Shown here piece by piece: positions 48,511-57,855 of a stretch of 64,000 nucleotides of DNA (positions are counted from its first letter, which is position 1; every line of letters starts with the position of its first letter). Under the pieces are notes generated by a model. It was not told the origin of the DNA. It searched no databases and saw only the letters and a list, made by a program, of their open reading frames with translations. Location: positions 1 to 64,000 of the forward strand of contig JBFGJH010000012.1 of the NCBI GenBank assembly GCA_041577335.1. Reading direction: 5' to 3'. A program made the position numbers and the translations under genes. Source of the DNA: Acidimicrobiia bacterium (GTDB lineage: Bacteria > Actinomycetota > Acidimicrobiia > Spongiisociales > JAENVV01).

Positions 48511-48786
48511 CTACTCGGCGTCGCCTCCGCGCCGGCGGGTGCGTCGATTCAAGGCGAGGAAGGCCTCCCACACGACGATCCCGGCGAGAGCCGCTCCGAG
48601 GATCATGATGATGAGCGGCGATCGGAACGACCATCCCAGAAACTCGAGCTCGGTGCGTTCCGAGTTCTGGCCGGCAAAGATGGCGATGACGACGATGACG
48701 AGGATCGCCAGGATCAGTTTGACCACCGTCGCTGGGCGCAATGATCGCTTTTCTTCGGCCGGCGGAGGGGTGTGTTCATCTGTCAT
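48511..48786 (-). CDS. LapA (DUF1049) family membrane protein
   Basis: TM-QNS....L.FLGW....PL-TM-RRRR. Confidence 0.82.
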   Translation of the reverse strand: MTDEHTPPPAEEKRSLRPATVVKLILAILVIVVIAIFAGQNSERTELEFLGWSFRSPLIIMILGAALAGIVVWEAFLALNRRTRRRGGDAE

Positions 48787-48817
48787 GGGCACAGTCTGCC
48801 AGGTCGAAGAGCTCGGG

Positions 48818-50176
48818 TTAGGCGTCCACCACGGATCGTGTCAGTGATTCGAGCGCTTCTTTGGCGTCCGCAAAGAGCATGAGAGTGTTGTCGAGATAGA
48901 ACAGAGGGTTGTCGATCCCGGCGAAGCCGGGAGACAGGCTCCGCTTGATCACCACCACCGTCTTCGAGTGGTCGACGTCGAGGATCGGCATGCCGTAGAT
49001 GGGGCTGGTGGCGTCGTCGCGAGCCGACGGGTTCACGACATCGTTGGCACCCACCACGATGACTACATCGGTCTGGTGAAACTTCGGGTTGGATTGCTCG
49101 AGGTCGAGCAGCTGATCGTACGGTATGTCCGCCTCTGCGAGCAGCACATTCATGTGACCGGGCATTCGGCCCGCTACCGGGTGGATTGCGTAGGTGACCT
49201 TGACGCCTCTCGCTTCGAGCGCGTCGGCAACGTCGCGCAGAGCGTATTGCGCTTGAGCGACCGCCATGCCGTACCCGGGCACCACGATCACCGAGTTCGC
49301 GTAGGCAAGGGTGATGGCGACGTCCTCCGTGGTTGCCCGGTTGACAGCATCCGCGTCCCCGGCGGGACCGGCCGCCACTCCGCCGAACTTACTGAAGAGC
49401 ACATTGGCGAGACTGCGGTTCATCGCCTCGCTCATCTGGAACGTGAGTATGAGGCCGGCCGCACCCACCAGCGCACCGCCGATGATCAGGGCCGAGTTGG
49501 CGATGACAAAGCCCGTTGCGGCCGCCGCCAGCCCGGAAAAGGAGTTGAGCAATGAGATCACGACTGGCATGTCCGCGCCGCCGATGGGCAGCACGGCCAG
49601 CACTCCGAGTACGAGCGTGACGCCTGCCAAGAGCCACCACGCGCCGATCGAGCCCGTGGCGAGAGCCCAACCTGCGATTGCCACGGCACCCACGGCGATC
49701 GCACCATTGAGTGCGTTCGTGCCTTCGAACCCGATGGGCCGGCCGGGTAGCAGACCTTGCAGCTTGCCAAAGGCGATAAAGCTGCCAGACAGAGTCACGG
49801 TTCCGATTCCGACAGAGAGCGCTGTGGCGATGCCGGCTTCGACTGCCACCGTGTCTGGTCCAATCCGGATCATCTCGGCCAGCGCAACCAGGGCCGAGGC
49901 GGCACCGCCTGAGCCATTGAAGGCCGCCACCAGCTCGGGCATCGACGTCATTTGCACCCGCCTGGCTACGCCGGCGCCGATTGATCCCCCGACCACCAGC
50001 CCGGCGATCACTGTTGCCCATGTCACGATTTCGGTGTCGACCAGGGTCACAACTACGGCCACGAGCATGCCGAGTGATGCGATGGTGTTGCCGGAGCGGG
50101 CAGTGCGCGGATGCCCGAGCCGTTTCAAGCCGATGATGAACATCACGGCCGCGGCGAGGTAGAGAAGCTCAATCAT
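48818..50176 (-). CDS. pntB: NAD(P) transhydrogenase beta subunit
   Basis: PIGGADMPVVISLLNS, VPGYGMAVAQAQ, HPVAGRMPGHMNVLLAEA. Confidence 0.96.
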   Translation of the reverse strand: MIELLYLAAAVMFIIGLKRLGHPRTARSGNTIASLGMLVAVVVTLVDTEIVTWATVIAGLVVGGSIGAGVARRVQMTSMPELVAAFNGSGGAASALVALAEMIRIGPDTVAVEAGIATALSVGIGTVTLSGSFIAFGKLQGLLPGRPIGFEGTNALNGAIAVGAVAIAGWALATGSIGAWWLLAGVTLVLGVLAVLPIGGADMPVVISLLNSFSGLAAAATGFVIANSALIIGGALVGAAGLILTFQMSEAMNRSLANVLFSKFGGVAAGPAGDADAVNRATTEDVAITLAYANSVIVVPGYGMAVAQAQYALRDVADALEARGVKVTYAIHPVAGRMPGHMNVLLAEADIPYDQLLDLEQSNPKFHQTDVVIVVGANDVVNPSARDDATSPIYGMPILDVDHSKTVVVIKRSLSPGFAGIDNPLFYLDNTLMLFADAKEALESLTRSVVDA

Positions 50177-50474
50177 CTCGCGCTTTGGCCTTGGGTCGGT
50201 TGCGGAACATGCTCAACATGCGGTCGGTGACGAGGAATCCTCCCACGACGTTGATCGTCGCAGCGGTGATCGCGAGGAATCCAAGGACTGCTGCCACGGT
50301 GCCCGAGCCGAGGCCGGCAGTGGTGATTGCGCCGACGATCGTGATGCCCGAGATTGCGTTGGCTCCCGACATGAGGGGCGTATGCAGCGTGGGAGGCACC
50401 TTCGAGATGACTTCGAATCCGACGAACGCCGCGAGGACGAAGACAACGATCCCGGTGATGACGAGCTCACTCAT
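50169..50474 (-). CDS. pntAb: NAD(P) transhydrogenase alpha subunit part 2
   Basis: KVPPTLHTPLMSGANAISG, NVVGGFLVTDRML. Confidence 0.95.
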   Translation of the reverse strand: MSELVITGIVVFVLAAFVGFEVISKVPPTLHTPLMSGANAISGITIVGAITTAGLGSGTVAAVLGFLAITAATINVVGGFLVTDRMLSMFRNRPKAKARDD

Positions 50475-51591
50475 CGGCATCCTCCATGCCAGCCCCGGCT
50501 GCCCGATCGAAAAGCCTTCCCCCGTATGCGACACACGAGCCAGCAACGATCTCGTTCTCGAAATCGAACCCATCCTCCGTGGAGAAGAGCAGCGCAAGGA
50601 AACTGGTGATGTTCTTGGCAAGCATCCGGCTGGCGTCACCGGCGACTCGGCTTGCCAGGTCGGAGGGGCCGAGAATCACGACGCCGTCGATTTCGACGCG
50701 CCGGTCTGGCACGCTGTGCTCGACGTTTCCGCCCGAGCCGGCCGCCATGTCGACGATCACCGCACCAGGCTTCATCTGTCGGATCATGGCGTCAGTGATC
50801 AAACGCGGCGCAACGCGTCCCGGAACCATCGCAGTCGTGATGACCACGTCTGACTGGGCGACAGCATCGGCCAGGGCTTGCTGTTGTTCTGCTTGAGTCT
50901 CATCTGACACCGCCCGGGCATATCCGCCGGCTTGGAACTGCTGGGTCGGGGCAGCAATAAACGTTGCTCCAAGGCTTTCGACCTGCTCGCGTGTCTCAGG
51001 CCGAATGTCATAAGCAGACACGACGGCTCCCAGCCGCCGAGCGGTCGCAATTGCTTGGAGGCCGGCAACTCCTACTCCGAGGATGAGGAGCTTGGCAGGC
51101 GGCATCGTTCCTGCCGCCGTTATGAGCATCGGGAAGAATCGGGTGGATTCGTCGGCGGCTACCAGCACCGCCGCATAGCCACCCGCCGTGGCCTGCGACG
51201 AGAGGGCATCCATTGATTGAGCGACGGTCGTGCGTGGTATCTGTTCGAGTGAGAACGCCGATACACCTGCATCGGCCAATGTTTGTGCCACTTCTGGAGA
51301 TCCCAACGGGTCCAGGAAACCGACGACCACAGCATCTGGGGAGAGGTCACCGACAGTGGCGGGATCGGGTGGCGAGAGGAGCAAGACGACGTCCGCGGCC
51401 AGGCTGTCTTGTCGCGAGCTGACCTTTGCTCCGACTTGTCGGTAGGCTTCGTCTGCAAACCCAGCACCTGATCCTGCGCCGGACTCGATCACCACATCCC
51501 AGCCGTCTCCAGTCAACTTGGCGACGGCATCGGGTGTGAGGGTGACTCGTCGCTGCAATTGAGTGACGTCGTTGAGTATTCCGATACGCAT
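50467..51591 (-). CDS. pntAa: NAD(P) transhydrogenase alpha subunit part 1
   Basis: PR...AQSMDALSS, G.GVAGLQAIATARRLGA, EQVESLGA. Confidence 0.95.
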   Translation of the reverse strand: MRIGILNDVTQLQRRVTLTPDAVAKLTGDGWDVVIESGAGSGAGFADEAYRQVGAKVSSRQDSLAADVVLLLSPPDPATVGDLSPDAVVVGFLDPLGSPEVAQTLADAGVSAFSLEQIPRTTVAQSMDALSSQATAGGYAAVLVAADESTRFFPMLITAAGTMPPAKLLILGVGVAGLQAIATARRLGAVVSAYDIRPETREQVESLGATFIAAPTQQFQAGGYARAVSDETQAEQQQALADAVAQSDVVITTAMVPGRVAPRLITDAMIRQMKPGAVIVDMAAGSGGNVEHSVPDRRVEIDGVVILGPSDLASRVAGDASRMLAKNITSFLALLFSTEDGFDFENEIVAGSCVAYGGRLFDRAAGAGMEDADE

Positions 51592-51704
51592 GGGCTTGCG
51601 ACAATCTAGTCAGGGGGCGACCAATACCCGAGCTCAAGACCGAGGCGAGCACCGATCACACCGCTCTGCGGTGGGCGCCAAGCCGCGTTCGGGTTCTCGT
51701 CGCC

Positions 51705-52637
51705 GTGCTGGCTTTCGTCGGCTATATCGTGGCTCTGGTGTTGGCGGCTCGTCGCTGGGACTTACCGCCCGTCACGGGGGAAGTGGTGCTGCTCCTCGGG
51801 CTGGCGCTGGCGTTCGAGCTGTTTGCAAAGGTTCTGCTCACCTTGCTGTTTCAGATCGACATTCGGCACGCAGGCCTCGAGATCGGATTCTGGACCGCAA
51901 TGAGAGCAGCTCTCACCGGGTCGGCAGTGTCGCGCTTGCTCCCGGCCGGCGGCGCATTGACCCCCTCGGCGATGGGTTGGGCAGCCAAGACTGAGGCGGA
52001 CAACGCAGCCGGGGCGGCACTGCGGGCCAACGTCCTCACGTACGGAGGCCTCGTCGCGATGACGGGCGGCGTCGTCCTTTGGGGAGTGTCCACCGGGCGA
52101 CACCCCGCCCTTTTTGCCGGTCAAATCATCGTCGGGGCAGGGATGGTGATCGTTGGCGTAGCGGTGATGGCGGGAGGCAGGCTGCTGCCTTGGCTGGTTG
52201 GCAAGCTGCCCCGCCGGCTACGGAAACACTTTGAAGCGAGCGTCGTCCGCAAGGGCATTTCGGTCAAGGAGTTCGTCTTGGTGATGATGCGTGTCGCTGC
52301 CGAAGCCGCCGTGCTGTGGAGTGCCATGCTCGCCTTCGGAATTGATTTGACCCCGACTCAGACCATGGTTGCTTACGGGGTCTCGACGGTTGTGGGAGGC
52401 GCTCCCGGCCTCCCCGGCGGCCTCGGCCTCATCGAAGGCGGATTGATCGGTATCATTTCGGCATTCGGGTATTCGGCGGGCATGGTCGTGGCGCCGGTGC
52501 TGGTGTATCGCCTCGTCGACTTCTGGATCATCGCCGGCATCGGCCTGATCGCCGGTGGCTTGGTGGTGAGGGACTTGGCCAAGAGTGACGTTGTCATCGA
52601 CCTCCGCGAGCGGCCGGCGCCTGCCCAACAAGAGTGA
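51705..52637 (+). CDS. Lysylphosphatidylglycerol synthase TM/flippase-like (UPF0104) protein
   Basis: Multi-TM, PGGLG.IEG, LVYRL..FW; true start may be upstream (see findings). Confidence 0.82.
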   Translation: MLAFVGYIVALVLAARRWDLPPVTGEVVLLLGLALAFELFAKVLLTLLFQIDIRHAGLEIGFWTAMRAALTGSAVSRLLPAGGALTPSAMGWAAKTEADNAAGAALRANVLTYGGLVAMTGGVVLWGVSTGRHPALFAGQIIVGAGMVIVGVAVMAGGRLLPWLVGKLPRRLRKHFEASVVRKGISVKEFVLVMMRVAAEAAVLWSAMLAFGIDLTPTQTMVAYGVSTVVGGAPGLPGGLGLIEGGLIGIISAFGYSAGMVVAPVLVYRLVDFWIIAGIGLIAGGLVVRDLAKSDVVIDLRERPAPAQQE

Positions 52638-52656
52638 GGCCCGGACAGGCCGGGCC
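52638..52656. terminator. Hairpin between convergent genes
   Basis: GGCCCGG-acagg-CCGGGCC. Confidence 0.45.
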
Positions 52657-52683
52657 CCACTCCGCTGGCTTTCGCCGGCTCGG

Positions 52684-53391
52684 TTAGTTGGCAACCGCGA
52701 TCGACACGCGCAGAACGCTGCGGCCCCAGTTGTGGGCTTCCAGCAGGTCTGACTCACCAACAATGCCACGATGGCGGGTGATGACACCGTCGGCGTCCAC
52801 GGCTTCGTTCTCGTTCCCATTCGGATCACCGTCGAGGACGACCGGCCCGAGGTCGGAGCAAGCGTCGACGATGTCTTCACTCCGTTCGGTGTTGATCTCC
52901 GACCCGGCGTCATAGCCGCGGGCTTCGACGGTCCGCTGGGAGCGGGGCAGCTTCAATGAGTCGAGGCCGGCAAAGCCGTCGTTCGAGCAGATCAGCATTC
53001 CGGCGAGCGAGATTCGGTCTCCGGGGTATCCCTCAATGGTGATCGTCACCGTGTCGGTGAAATCACCAAACACGGTGCCCGCCGTCGTCAGAGGTTGGCC
53101 AACGTTGACGACGTCGGTCACTCCGGCGACTCCCTCGAGGGCCGCGACGGCCACGGATGGGTCGCCATCCTCGGCGATGGCAATGATGCCGTCGGAGGCG
53201 GCCTGTCCGGACTTCCAGAAGCTGACGCTTCGCTCGTGGGTCACCACCACTGGTGGCGAGATCGGCTGGGTGGCCGCCAAGTTGGTGATAGTCACCTCAT
53301 AGGTCGTGAGACCTCCGCCGTTGGCAGCCGCCGGTACCGCAGCAACGATCAATGTCAACGCTGCCATGATCGCGATCATTCGCAATCGCAT
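52684..53391 (-). CDS. Secreted spondin_N domain protein
   Basis: Signal peptide ending AAA, YEVTITN...QP.SP...TH, AEDGD, MLICSNDGF.GLD, YDAGSE.N.E; GAGGAGG RBS. Confidence 0.85.
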   Translation of the reverse strand: MRLRMIAIMAALTLIVAAVPAAANGGGLTTYEVTITNLAATQPISPPVVVTHERSVSFWKSGQAASDGIIAIAEDGDPSVAVAALEGVAGVTDVVNVGQPLTTAGTVFGDFTDTVTITIEGYPGDRISLAGMLICSNDGFAGLDSLKLPRSQRTVEARGYDAGSEINTERSEDIVDACSDLGPVVLDGDPNGNENEAVDADGVITRHRGIVGESDLLEAHNWGRSVLRVSIAVAN

Positions 53392-53511
53392 GTGTGTCCT
53401 CCTCTTAGTGGAACGGTGACCATTCCAGAGCCCGGCCATTGCCCCCACGTGAACGATTCCTGAACAAACCAGGAATTCACGTTCGCCGACCCAGCGGTAG
53501 GGTCGGCGGCG

Positions 53512-54336
53512 ATGCGATACGGGCTTTCCGTCCCCAACTTCGGCGCGTTCGCCGACCCACATGCCTTTGTGCAGCTTGCCACGGCGGCTGAGGCAGGCGG
53601 GTGGGACGGCGTCTACATCTGGGATCACATCGTGGTTGCGGACGGCATGGACGTCGCCGATCCCTGGGTGTGCCTGGCGGCCGCAGCGGCGGTCACCGAG
53701 CGAGTACGGCTTGGCCCCTTGGTCACCCCCCTCCCGCGCCGTTATCCCTGGTCGGTCGCCCGTGAGGTGACCACGCTCGACCGGTTGTCGGGCGGGCGGA
53801 TCACGCTTGGCGTCGGCATTGGCAGCCCGCCAGAAGAAGAGTTCGGCACCTTTGGGCTCCCTACTGATGCCCGAACGCGAGCCGACCTCCTGGATGAGGC
53901 GCTCGAAGTAATCGAAGGTATGTGGACGGGAGATCCCTTCAGCCATGCCGGTCAGCACTATGTGGTGAAAGAGACCCGTTTTGGCCCGAGACCGGTGCAA
54001 CGCCCGCGACCCCCCATCTGGGTTGCCGGGGCATGGCCGGCGCGCCGACCGTTCCGCCGGGCGGCCCGCTTCGACGGCGTGTTCCCCCTCAAACGAGGCG
54101 ACGATGGCCGCGAGCTCGTCCCGCTCGGCGCCGACGATCTGGCGGGCGTCGTCGCCTATATCGGGGAGCATCGTGACACCGACGAGGCCTTCGACGTGGT
54201 CATCACCGATGTCGACGCACCCGGCGCGCCCATCGCCGAACTCGCCGACATCGGCGTCACCTGGATGCTCAGCTATCTCTTCGCGTTCGACGACGCGGCG
54301 CAGGCGATGGTTGCCGCCGGGCCGACTCGCGTGTGA
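53512..54336 (+). CDS. LLM-class flavin-dependent oxidoreductase
   Basis: GWDG..IWDH, DPWV.LAA, TLDRLSGGR..LGVG.G. Confidence 0.9.
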   Translation: MRYGLSVPNFGAFADPHAFVQLATAAEAGGWDGVYIWDHIVVADGMDVADPWVCLAAAAAVTERVRLGPLVTPLPRRYPWSVAREVTTLDRLSGGRITLGVGIGSPPEEEFGTFGLPTDARTRADLLDEALEVIEGMWTGDPFSHAGQHYVVKETRFGPRPVQRPRPPIWVAGAWPARRPFRRAARFDGVFPLKRGDDGRELVPLGADDLAGVVAYIGEHRDTDEAFDVVITDVDAPGAPIAELADIGVTWMLSYLFAFDDAAQAMVAAGPTRV

Positions 54337-54337
54337 A

Positions 54338-55147
54338 CTACTCGGCAGCCGTGGAGTAACTGATGATCATGAACGTGCCGCCCTGGTCGTCGTTGACCAC
54401 GGCCATCCTCCCAGCGGCCGAGTCGAACGGTGGAACCGGCACGGATCCGCCGAGCTCCACGATCTTGGCTGCTGCCGCGTCGGTATCGTCGACCTGGAAG
54501 TAGACCATCCAGTGTGCCGGCAAGTAGTCGGGGAAATTCTCGTCCATCGTCAAGATGCCGCCGGTGTATTTGTCGTCGGCGACATTGGGGACGCCGGTCT
54601 TGTCGATCTCCATCATCCAATACTCGGCCGGCGATCCTTCGAATTCCGAGAATGTCCACCCCATCACGTTGCCCCAGAAGCGCCGCGCGGCAGCCGAGTC
54701 TCGGGTGTTGAGCTCGTTCCAGCTGAGCTGTCCGTTTCCGTTGAACGCGCCTGCGCCGAGGTGGTCGCCCGCTTCCCAAAGCGACGCAACAGCCCCTTCG
54801 GGGTCGGCCACGATGGCCATCTTCCCCGAGGTCATCACCTCCATGGCGGGAACGACAACCGACCCGCCGTTCTCGGTAACCGTCGCCACTGCCTCGGCGA
54901 CATCATCGACGGAGATGTAGGTCTGCCACATCGGTGGGACCCCGGCGTCTTGCGTCCCGGGAGGCATCGGTCCCATGCCGGCCACGTCAACACCGTCTTG
55001 GCGGAACATCGTGTAGATGTAGTTGCCATCGGGGTCGAATTGGTCTTCGGCTTCCCAGCCGAACAACGCCGTATAGAAGGCCTTGCCCGTCTTTGGATCG
55101 GGTAGCGAGATGTCGGTCCACGACATCAACCCATGCGGGTAGGTCAT
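54338..55147 (-). CDS. Tandem VOC/glyoxalase domain protein (CFP32-like)
   Basis: Two repeats: W.D....D......FY..LFGW and WNEL.T.D; DP.GA. Confidence 0.88.
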   Translation of the reverse strand: MTYPHGLMSWTDISLPDPKTGKAFYTALFGWEAEDQFDPDGNYIYTMFRQDGVDVAGMGPMPPGTQDAGVPPMWQTYISVDDVAEAVATVTENGGSVVVPAMEVMTSGKMAIVADPEGAVASLWEAGDHLGAGAFNGNGQLSWNELNTRDSAAARRFWGNVMGWTFSEFEGSPAEYWMMEIDKTGVPNVADDKYTGGILTMDENFPDYLPAHWMVYFQVDDTDAAAAKIVELGGSVPVPPFDSAAGRMAVVNDDQGGTFMIISYSTAAE

Positions 55148-55219
55148 ACATCCTCCTGACGGTTGGTCACCCGTCCAACCGTACCGCAGGCTCGTGGCAC
55201 GACGTCGTAACAGGCCGCC

Positions 55220-56317
55220 CTAGAGGTTCCCTCGCTCGGCCTGGTCGCGCTCGATCGCCTCGAACAGCGCCTTGAAGTTCCCGACCCCAAAGCCGCGGCT
55301 TCCGTGCCGTTCGATGACTTCATAGAAGACCGTTGGACGATCCTGGACGGCCTTGGTGAAGATCTGCAACAGGTAGCCCTCCTCGTCCTGATCCACCAGG
55401 ATTCCCAGCTCCGCCAGCTCTGCGAGGTCGGCGTCGATCGTCGACCAGTCGAGACGGTCCCGAAGCTCCTCGTAGTAGGTCTGCGGTGTCCCCAGGAACC
55501 GCACGCCATTGGCCCGCATCAAGCGCACCGTAGCGACGATGTCGTCGGTGGCCAGAGCCATGTGTTGCACGCCTGGCGACCGGTAGAAGTCGAGAAACTC
55601 CTCGATCTGGCTCTTCTTCTTGCCGTCGGCCGGCTCGTTGATCGGCAGCTTGATGCGACCCTCGCCGTCCCACAACACCTTGGACATGAGCGCTGTGTAG
55701 TCGGTCGAGATCGCCTCGTCGTCGAAGTGGTGGAGCTGCGTGAACCCCATGATCTGGGCGTAATACCGAGCCCAGTCGTTCATCTTGCCCAGCTCGACAT
55801 TGCACACAACATGGTCCACGTATCGGAGGCCAACCGGGTTGGCTGGGAGCCAATGCTTGGTGGCGCGATAGCCCGGCTTGTAGGGGCCCGAGTAGTTGGA
55901 GCGATCGACGAACGAGTGAATTGTCTCGCCGTATGCCTTGATGGCCGCCACCACGATCTTGCCGTGCTCATCCTCGGTGACGGTTGGATCGAGATGCGGC
56001 ACCGCGCCACGATCAACTGCCACCGTGAACGCCATTTCGGCGTCGGGAACCGAGAACGCAACGTCTTTGACGCCGTCGCCGTGCCGGGCCTGATGCGTGA
56101 CGATCGGGGACTCGGGGCCCAGGCCTGCGGTCACGACAAATCGCAGCTCGCCCTGTTCGAGAACATAGGACGCGCGGTCCCGTACGCCTGTCTCGGGACC
56201 GGAGTAGGCGACGACGTCGAAACCAAACGCGGTCCGGTAGTAGTGGGCCGCTTGGCGGGCGTTGCCGACGTAGAACTCGATGGCGTCGTACCCCATCAAT
56301 GGCATTACGTCAGTCAT
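55220..56317 (-). CDS. hppD: 4-hydroxyphenylpyruvate dioxygenase
   Basis: DHVVCNV, INEP...KKSQIEEF, GVQH.AL, LLQIFT, GFG.GNFKALFEAIE. Confidence 0.96.
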   Translation of the reverse strand: MTDVMPLMGYDAIEFYVGNARQAAHYYRTAFGFDVVAYSGPETGVRDRASYVLEQGELRFVVTAGLGPESPIVTHQARHGDGVKDVAFSVPDAEMAFTVAVDRGAVPHLDPTVTEDEHGKIVVAAIKAYGETIHSFVDRSNYSGPYKPGYRATKHWLPANPVGLRYVDHVVCNVELGKMNDWARYYAQIMGFTQLHHFDDEAISTDYTALMSKVLWDGEGRIKLPINEPADGKKKSQIEEFLDFYRSPGVQHMALATDDIVATVRLMRANGVRFLGTPQTYYEELRDRLDWSTIDADLAELAELGILVDQDEEGYLLQIFTKAVQDRPTVFYEVIERHGSRGFGVGNFKALFEAIERDQAERGNL

Positions 56318-56394
56318 TATCGGCCTTTCGTCGGCAGTGCTCAGGTTCTTTGTACCGCATTGCGCCCGTGTTGTTCAACAGTCAACGCTTCTAT

Positions 56395-56409
56395 TGAGCA
56401 AATTGCTCA
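56395..56409. promoter_or_regulatory. Palindromic operator between hppD and Lrp gene
   Basis: Perfect TGAGCAA-A-TTGCTCA. Confidence 0.6.
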
Positions 56410-56426
56410 GTACACTGAGCCGCCAT

Positions 56427-56939
56427 ATGGATCATCCTGGACAAACTGCCTACCGTCTCGATCGGGTGGACGCGGCCATCATCATCGAGATGCGGGCAGA
56501 GCCGCGTATCGGGGTGCTCGAACTGTCACGGCGGATCGGGGTCGCCCGAGGCACCGTCCAGGCACGGCTGGACAAGATGACGGCGGCAGGCGTGATCACG
56601 GGATTTGGTCCTGATCTCGATCTGCGGGCAATTGGATATCTCGTCACTGCATTCGCCACCATCGAGACGACCATGGGCCAGACGCAATCGGTGGTTGGTC
56701 CGCTCTCGGAGATACCTGAGGTGCTCGAAGTCCATTCCGTCGCCGGCCAAGGGGACCTTCTTGTGCGGCTGGTGGCCAGGTCGAATGACCATCTGATGGA
56801 AGTCCTCGAACAGGTACTGGCAATTCCCGATGTGGCTCGCACCAGCACAGCTATCGCCCTTGCCGCCCAGATCCCGTATCGGACGGCGCAGCTGCTTGCC
56901 GCCGAGTCCCCGACAGCGAGTCCTACTGTTGGCATGTGA
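56427..56939 (+). CDS. Lrp/AsnC family regulator divergent from hppD
   Basis: LD..D..I, ELSRRIGVARGTVQARL, PEVLEVH..AG.GD. Confidence 0.92.
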   Translation: MDHPGQTAYRLDRVDAAIIIEMRAEPRIGVLELSRRIGVARGTVQARLDKMTAAGVITGFGPDLDLRAIGYLVTAFATIETTMGQTQSVVGPLSEIPEVLEVHSVAGQGDLLVRLVARSNDHLMEVLEQVLAIPDVARTSTAIALAAQIPYRTAQLLAAESPTASPTVGM

Positions 56940-57002
56940 GGGACCCGGTACCGATAATTGCCGGTCATTTCTAGGGTCTTCGAGATGAAGTCGCCAGGCC
57001 GG

Positions 57003-57851
57003 ATGACAATCTTGGTGCGATCCATCGATCTGCGCTATCGCTCCAACCGTGCCATCGCATTCGTCGCGCTGGTCGCGGGAGTGCTCGGCTTCTTCGGCGC
57101 CGGGCCTGACACCTTCGCGCCCGGGTGGCGAAGCGCAGTTGGCCTCGGCGGAGCTGCCATTCTCGCGTGGGCGTTGGGACGCGAGCTCGATCCGGACGAG
57201 CCGATCTCCGCCCTCGTCGGTGCCCTGCTGGCGATTGGCATCACCGTCCTACTCGGGCCTGCCGAACTCCTGGTCTACTTCGGGCTGGTCGCTACGGCTC
57301 GGATACTGCTTCGATCGGTCGGTCCTCCGCCGACGATCCTCGATATGGCGGCGCTCTCCGTCCTCGGCATCCTGTTGGGCTCCCGGCCCGGTGGCTGGCC
57401 CATCGCTCTCACGCTGGCGTTTGCAATCGCTCGTGATCGCACGTTGCCCGGTGAGCCGGGCCGCTTTGGGCGTCTCACTGCGGTCGTGATTGCGGCAGGG
57501 TCGACCGGCCTGGCGATCACGTCGGGGGTCGGAATCTGGACCAGCCCGACCGGCCTGCAATGGGGCATCGTGATCGCTGGCTTGGTCGCAGGCAGCCTCA
57601 TCAGTCCGATACAGCCACTGTCACCGACCGATGTAGGGGGAATGGTGCTCTTGGGCCGGCGCCTGGCGTCTGCCCGGCGGATCACGATGGCGGGGTTGGT
57701 TCTGACCGTGGCCTTTTCCGGTGCTGCTGGAGTGGTTGCGGTCGGCGGTGCCTACGGCGTGCTGGTGGCGGTGTTCGCAATTCAGCGGAGGATCCTCCCA
57801 CTCGGCACGGGGCCAGAAACACTGGGCCGCGTGGATCAGCGGCCAAAATAG
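57003..57851 (+). CDS. Hypothetical integral membrane protein
   Basis: Multi-TM, WALGRELDPD motif. Confidence 0.65.
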   Translation: MTILVRSIDLRYRSNRAIAFVALVAGVLGFFGAGPDTFAPGWRSAVGLGGAAILAWALGRELDPDEPISALVGALLAIGITVLLGPAELLVYFGLVATARILLRSVGPPPTILDMAALSVLGILLGSRPGGWPIALTLAFAIARDRTLPGEPGRFGRLTAVVIAAGSTGLAITSGVGIWTSPTGLQWGIVIAGLVAGSLISPIQPLSPTDVGGMVLLGRRLASARRITMAGLVLTVAFSGAAGVVAVGGAYGVLVAVFAIQRRILPLGTGPETLGRVDQRPK

Positions 57852-57855
57852 GCAG

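Noticed and set aside
55304..56614. Long antisense ORFs (also 17597-18754, 5190-6266, 8680-9669)
   Set aside because: Shadow frames of high-GC genes, with no recognisable motifs
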